Made by a program: the position numbers and the translations under genes. From Myxococcota bacterium (GTDB lineage Bacteria; Myxococcota_A; Polyangia; Polyangiales; Sandaracinaceae), in NCBI GenBank assembly GCA_036149055.1, contig JAYZQJ010000061.1, positions 1 to 33,498 of the forward strand: a DNA stretch of 33,498 nt, in the 5' to 3' direction. The notes under the pieces were generated by a model. That model saw only the letters and a list, made by a program, of their open reading frames with translations. It searched no databases and was not told where the DNA came from. Below are positions 30,081 to 33,498 of the stretch, one piece after another; positions within the stretch are counted from its first letter, which is position 1; each line of letters begins with the position of its first letter.

Positions 30081-30704
30081 TCAGAAGTGAGAGAGGGTGA
30101 GGCCGAGCTGGGCGCCGCCGGGGGCGGGGAGCGCTTCGAAGGCGAGGGTCGGGGAGCGCTCGTCGTGGTCGTCGAGGGCGTAGACGGCGACGCGGACGGT
30201 GCGCTGGAGGGCGAGGCCGAGGATGAACATCGTCAGGCCGGCCGTCTGGAGGAGGCCGCCGACGATCGCGCCGACGGTCTCGTCTTCGTTGCCGGAGTAG
30301 CTGAGGGCCGCCCACGGGCCGATCACCGGGATCCACATCCAGGTGCGGTAGTCGGAGTCCCAGCCGAGCTGGCCGAAGGAGGCGGAGAGGCCCCAGCTGA
30401 CGCCGAAGATGATCATGCCCGGGATCCAGAGGCCCTTGATGCTGCTCGTACGCTCGACGTAGCGCACCTGCGGCTGCTGGTAGACGGGCTGCTGCTGGTA
30501 CTGCGGCTGCTGGTAGGGCTGCGCGTAGGGCTGCTGCGGCTGCTGGCCGTAGCCGGGGGGCGGCTGCCCGTAGCCCTGCTGCTGACCGTAGGGCTGGTAC
30601 TGCACCTGGCCCTGCACCGTGACGCTCTGGGCGCTGGCCTGGGCGCCGAAGCCGAGCAGGGCGAGCGCCGCCGCGAGGGGCGCGGTGAATCGAAGCATCT
30701 TCAT
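30081..30704 (-). CDS. Secreted/membrane protein with Gln/Tyr/Pro-rich N-terminus
   Basis: RBS GGAGG; signal peptide ending ASA-Q; QQPY repeats; hydrophobic core IPVIGPW; C-terminal GLTLSHF. Confidence 0.8.
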   Translation of the reverse strand: MKMLRFTAPLAAALALLGFGAQASAQSVTVQGQVQYQPYGQQQGYGQPPPGYGQQPQQPYAQPYQQPQYQQQPVYQQPQVRYVERTSSIKGLWIPGMIIFGVSWGLSASFGQLGWDSDYRTWMWIPVIGPWAALSYSGNEDETVGAIVGGLLQTAGLTMFILGLALQRTVRVAVYALDDHDERSPTLAFEALPAPGGAQLGLTLSHF

Positions 30705-30801
30705 CTGGTCCTCCCGGAGCCGCGGCCGCTCGGCCCCCGGCTCATTGTTCTCTCGTCGCGACCCGGGGCGCAAACCTCCGGGCGACGGCTGACAGCCCAC
30801 A

Positions 30802-30816
30802 GCAGGTTTGGTGCCA
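30802..30816 (-). promoter_or_regulatory. Putative sigma54 -24/-12 promoter
   Basis: Minus strand TGGCAC-CAAAC-CTGC, ~100 nt upstream of the 30704 start. Confidence 0.55.
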
Positions 30817-30906
30817 CCCGCGCCTACGGCGCCAGCGGAGCCGATCTTCCTCCGATCGCCAACCCGCGTTCACGCCCTTCACGTGCCCGGACCCGGGTGA
30901 TACCTC

Positions 30907-33186
30907 ATGGAGATGCGCTGGCTCCTGCTCGTCCCGCTCCTGCTCGCCTGTGATGGCGCCACCCCCGCGGCCGACGCCGGGCCCACCGACGCGGGGACCG
31001 ACGCCGGGCCGGTCGACGCCGGACCGTTGCCCCCGAGCGTGCGGGCCGAGGCGCCCCTGGTGCAGTGGGTCGACCCGTTCCTCGGCACGGGCGGGTCCGG
31101 CTTCAACGACCTCGGCAGCGCGTTCCCCGGCCCGCAGCGCCCGTTCGGCATGGTGCGCCCGAGCCCGGACACCGCCGAGCCGGGCGGCGCGCCCGTCTTC
31201 ACCCACTGCGCGGGCTACGCCTTCGAGGACGACTTCATCACCGGCTTCAGCCAGACCCGCATGCACGGCACCGGCATCGCCGACTACGGCCACGTCGCGC
31301 TCCTGCCGGTCCCGGAGATGGAGGACGCCTTCGTCACCCAGGAGGGCGCCATGACCCGCAAGTCGGACGAGGAGGCGTCGCCGGGCTACTACGCGGTCAC
31401 CCTCGAGCGGGGCGCGATCCGGGCCGAGCTCACCGCGACCGAGCGGGTCGCCCTCCACCGCTACACCTTCGGCGCCGGGCCCCAGGCGGTGCTCGTCGAC
31501 ATCGGCCACCGCCTCGCGAACGACATCGAGGTGGTCGACGGCTCCGTCACCGTCGACCCCGAGGCGCGCGAGGTGCACGGGATGGCCCGCATCGACGGCG
31601 GCTACTCCGGGCGCTTCGGCGGCGTGCGCATGTTCTTCGTCGCCCGCTTCGACCGGGCGTTCGAGGGCTTCGGCACCTGGGAGGGCGAGACCCGGAGCGA
31701 GGGCGTCGCGACGGCGAGCGGCGGCCAGAGCGGCGCGTGGGTCTCCTTCGGCGGCGAGGGCGAGGCGGTCGAGGTCGCGGTGGCGATGTCCTTCGTCGAC
31801 GTCGAGGGCGCGCGCGCCAACCTCGAGGCCGAGCTGGGCGCGTTCGACGACGTGCGCGCGGACACGGAGGCCGCCTGGGAGACGCTGCTCTCGCGGGTCC
31901 GGATCGAGGGCCGCGACGAGGGGTTCTTCCGGCGCTTCTACACCGCGCTCTACCACTCGCTGCTCATGCCCACGCTCGCGACCGACGTGGACGGGCGGTA
32001 CCGCGGGGTCGACGACGAGATCCACACCGCCGACGGCTTCACCTACTACACCGACTTCTCGCTCTGGGACACCTACCGCACGCTGCATCCCTTGCTGACA
32101 CTGCTCTACCCCGAGATCCAGCTCGACTTCCTGCGCAGCCTCACCGCGATGGCGGTCGACGGCGGCGCGATGCCGCGCTGGCCGCTCGGGCACGGGTACA
32201 CCGGCGGCATGCTGGGCGAGCCGGCCGCGATCGTGATGGCCGACTCGTGGCGCAAGGGGCTGACCGACTTCGATCTGCGGGCCGCGTACGACGCGATGCG
32301 GCGCGGCGCGTTCGGGGAGGCGTCGCCGGCCTTCGGGGGGCGCGGCAACGCCGAGCTCTACGATCGCCTCGGGTACGTGCCGGTCGAGACGGGCGGCTGG
32401 AGCGCGAGCAAGACGATGGAGTTCGCCTACGCCGACGGCGCGCTCGCGCACCTCGCCGACGCGCTGGGCGAGACCGACGACGCGGCGCGCTTCCGCGAGC
32501 GCGCCGGGAGCTATCGCAACATCTGGGACGCCGAGCGCGGCTTCTTCCTCGGACGGCACGAGGACGGCTCGTTCACCGCGTCGTTCCGCGAGGATCGCTG
32601 GCAGGACTTCTACAGCGAGGGCAACGCCTGGCAGTACCTCTGGCTCGCCCCGCACGACGTGGACGGCCTCGTCGCGCAGCTCGGCGGACGGGACACCTTC
32701 CTCGAGCGGCTGCGGCTCTTCTTCGAGCAGTCGGCGCGCGAGCGGCGCACCGCCGTCCCGCCCACCTGGTACTGGCACGGCAACGAGCCCGACATGCACG
32801 CCGCCTACCTCTTCACCGCGGTGGGCGAGCCGGCGGAGAGCGCGCGCTGGAGCCGCTGGGTCGCCGACGCGTTCTACGGCGACGGCCCGACCGGCCTGCC
32901 GGGCAACGACGACGGGGGCACGATGAGCGCCTGGTACGTCTTCACCGGCCTCGGCTTCTTCCCCTTCGCCGGCGGCGACGACTACCTCCTCGGCTCCCCG
33001 CGGGTCACCCGCGCCGAGCTGACCCTCGACGGCGGCACCTTCGTCATCGAGGCGCCGGAGAGCAGCGAGCGCGCCCCCATCCCCACCGAGGTCACGCTCG
33101 ACGACGCGCCCCTCGAGGGCGGCCGCATCCCCCACGCCGACCTCCGGCCCGGATCGACCCTACGCCTCACGATGTCGGGGGAGTAG
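30907..33186 (+). CDS. GH92 alpha-mannosidase family lipoprotein
   Basis: Lipobox LLAC; VDPFLGTG, PFGMVRPSPDT, GFSQTRMHGTG, FYTALYH, SLWDTYRT, EGNAWQY, GNEPD, GNDDGGTMSAWYVF. Confidence 0.93.
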   Translation: MEMRWLLLVPLLLACDGATPAADAGPTDAGTDAGPVDAGPLPPSVRAEAPLVQWVDPFLGTGGSGFNDLGSAFPGPQRPFGMVRPSPDTAEPGGAPVFTHCAGYAFEDDFITGFSQTRMHGTGIADYGHVALLPVPEMEDAFVTQEGAMTRKSDEEASPGYYAVTLERGAIRAELTATERVALHRYTFGAGPQAVLVDIGHRLANDIEVVDGSVTVDPEAREVHGMARIDGGYSGRFGGVRMFFVARFDRAFEGFGTWEGETRSEGVATASGGQSGAWVSFGGEGEAVEVAVAMSFVDVEGARANLEAELGAFDDVRADTEAAWETLLSRVRIEGRDEGFFRRFYTALYHSLLMPTLATDVDGRYRGVDDEIHTADGFTYYTDFSLWDTYRTLHPLLTLLYPEIQLDFLRSLTAMAVDGGAMPRWPLGHGYTGGMLGEPAAIVMADSWRKGLTDFDLRAAYDAMRRGAFGEASPAFGGRGNAELYDRLGYVPVETGGWSASKTMEFAYADGALAHLADALGETDDAARFRERAGSYRNIWDAERGFFLGRHEDGSFTASFREDRWQDFYSEGNAWQYLWLAPHDVDGLVAQLGGRDTFLERLRLFFEQSARERRTAVPPTWYWHGNEPDMHAAYLFTAVGEPAESARWSRWVADAFYGDGPTGLPGNDDGGTMSAWYVFTGLGFFPFAGGDDYLLGSPRVTRAELTLDGGTFVIEAPESSERAPIPTEVTLDDAPLEGGRIPHADLRPGSTLRLTMSGE

Positions 33187-33211
33187 GTGCGGCGGTCGTA
33201 GCTGCACCTAC
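33183..33211 (+). terminator. Hairpin overlapping the GH92 stop codon
   Basis: gtaggtgcggc-N7-gctgcacctac, 11-bp stem with one G-U pair; no U-tract. Confidence 0.4.
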
Positions 33212-33303
33212 CGAGGCGACTGTCCGAGGTGACCGTGCCGAACTGCCTCGAGACGACGGCAGGCGAGGAGAAAGCGAGGTCGCCGCACGCACCACCTGCC
33301 GTC

Positions 33304-33498
33304 TTCGATCCTGCGGCAGCGGGCGGCCAGCTCGCGCGCAGCGCGAGCGCGAGCCGCAGGGGACCCAGCGCCCCGCGCTGGGGTCGGGGCCGAGCGGAGC
33401 GAGGTCCCGGAGTGGGTGGGGGGGCCCCGCGGAGCAGGTGCAGCGATGTTTGCGGAGGGCGCAGCCCGGAGCGAACATCGTTGTGCCGGCGCAGCGGG
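33304..33498. repeat. Palindromic intergenic repeat element, copy 2 (truncated by the window end)
   Basis: Direct repeat of 65-260. Confidence 0.88.

Noticed and set aside
29426..30090. Small ORFs 29426-29812, 29695-30090 and 29778-30056
   Set aside because: They are translations of the DNA repeat array, with no RBS and no codon bias.

Overview
High-GC bacterial chromosomal window. MYXO-CTERM-type sorting tails, DigR-, RomY- and CglF-like genes and a Ser/Thr kinase point to Myxococcota, probably Polyangia/Sandaracinaceae-like (inference). It holds about 30 genes: housekeeping (tRNA-Pro, rsmB, rseP, modABC, recQ), signalling (REC-XRE, FHA-GGDEF, sigma54 EBP, REC-degenerate GGDEF, STPK), lipid/hydrolase genes and secreted surface proteins. 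The main finding is a two-gene module missed by the ORF track: a 59-aa acidic, lysine-free ORF ending in -GGE (10567-10746, with its own promoter and AGGAGG RBS), directly upstream of a PafA/Dop-family ligase carrying a long hydrophobic insertion (10760-12505). No proteasome genes lie in the window. This suggests a membrane-anchored Pup/UBact-like conjugation system in a Gram-negative bacterium. Other findings: a ~200-bp palindromic repeat at both window ends, a nested inverted-repeat array at 29554-30052, two sigma54-type promoters, a palindromic operator before an SCP2 gene, and four apparently leaderless genes. Family calls come from motif recognition only; no searches were run.
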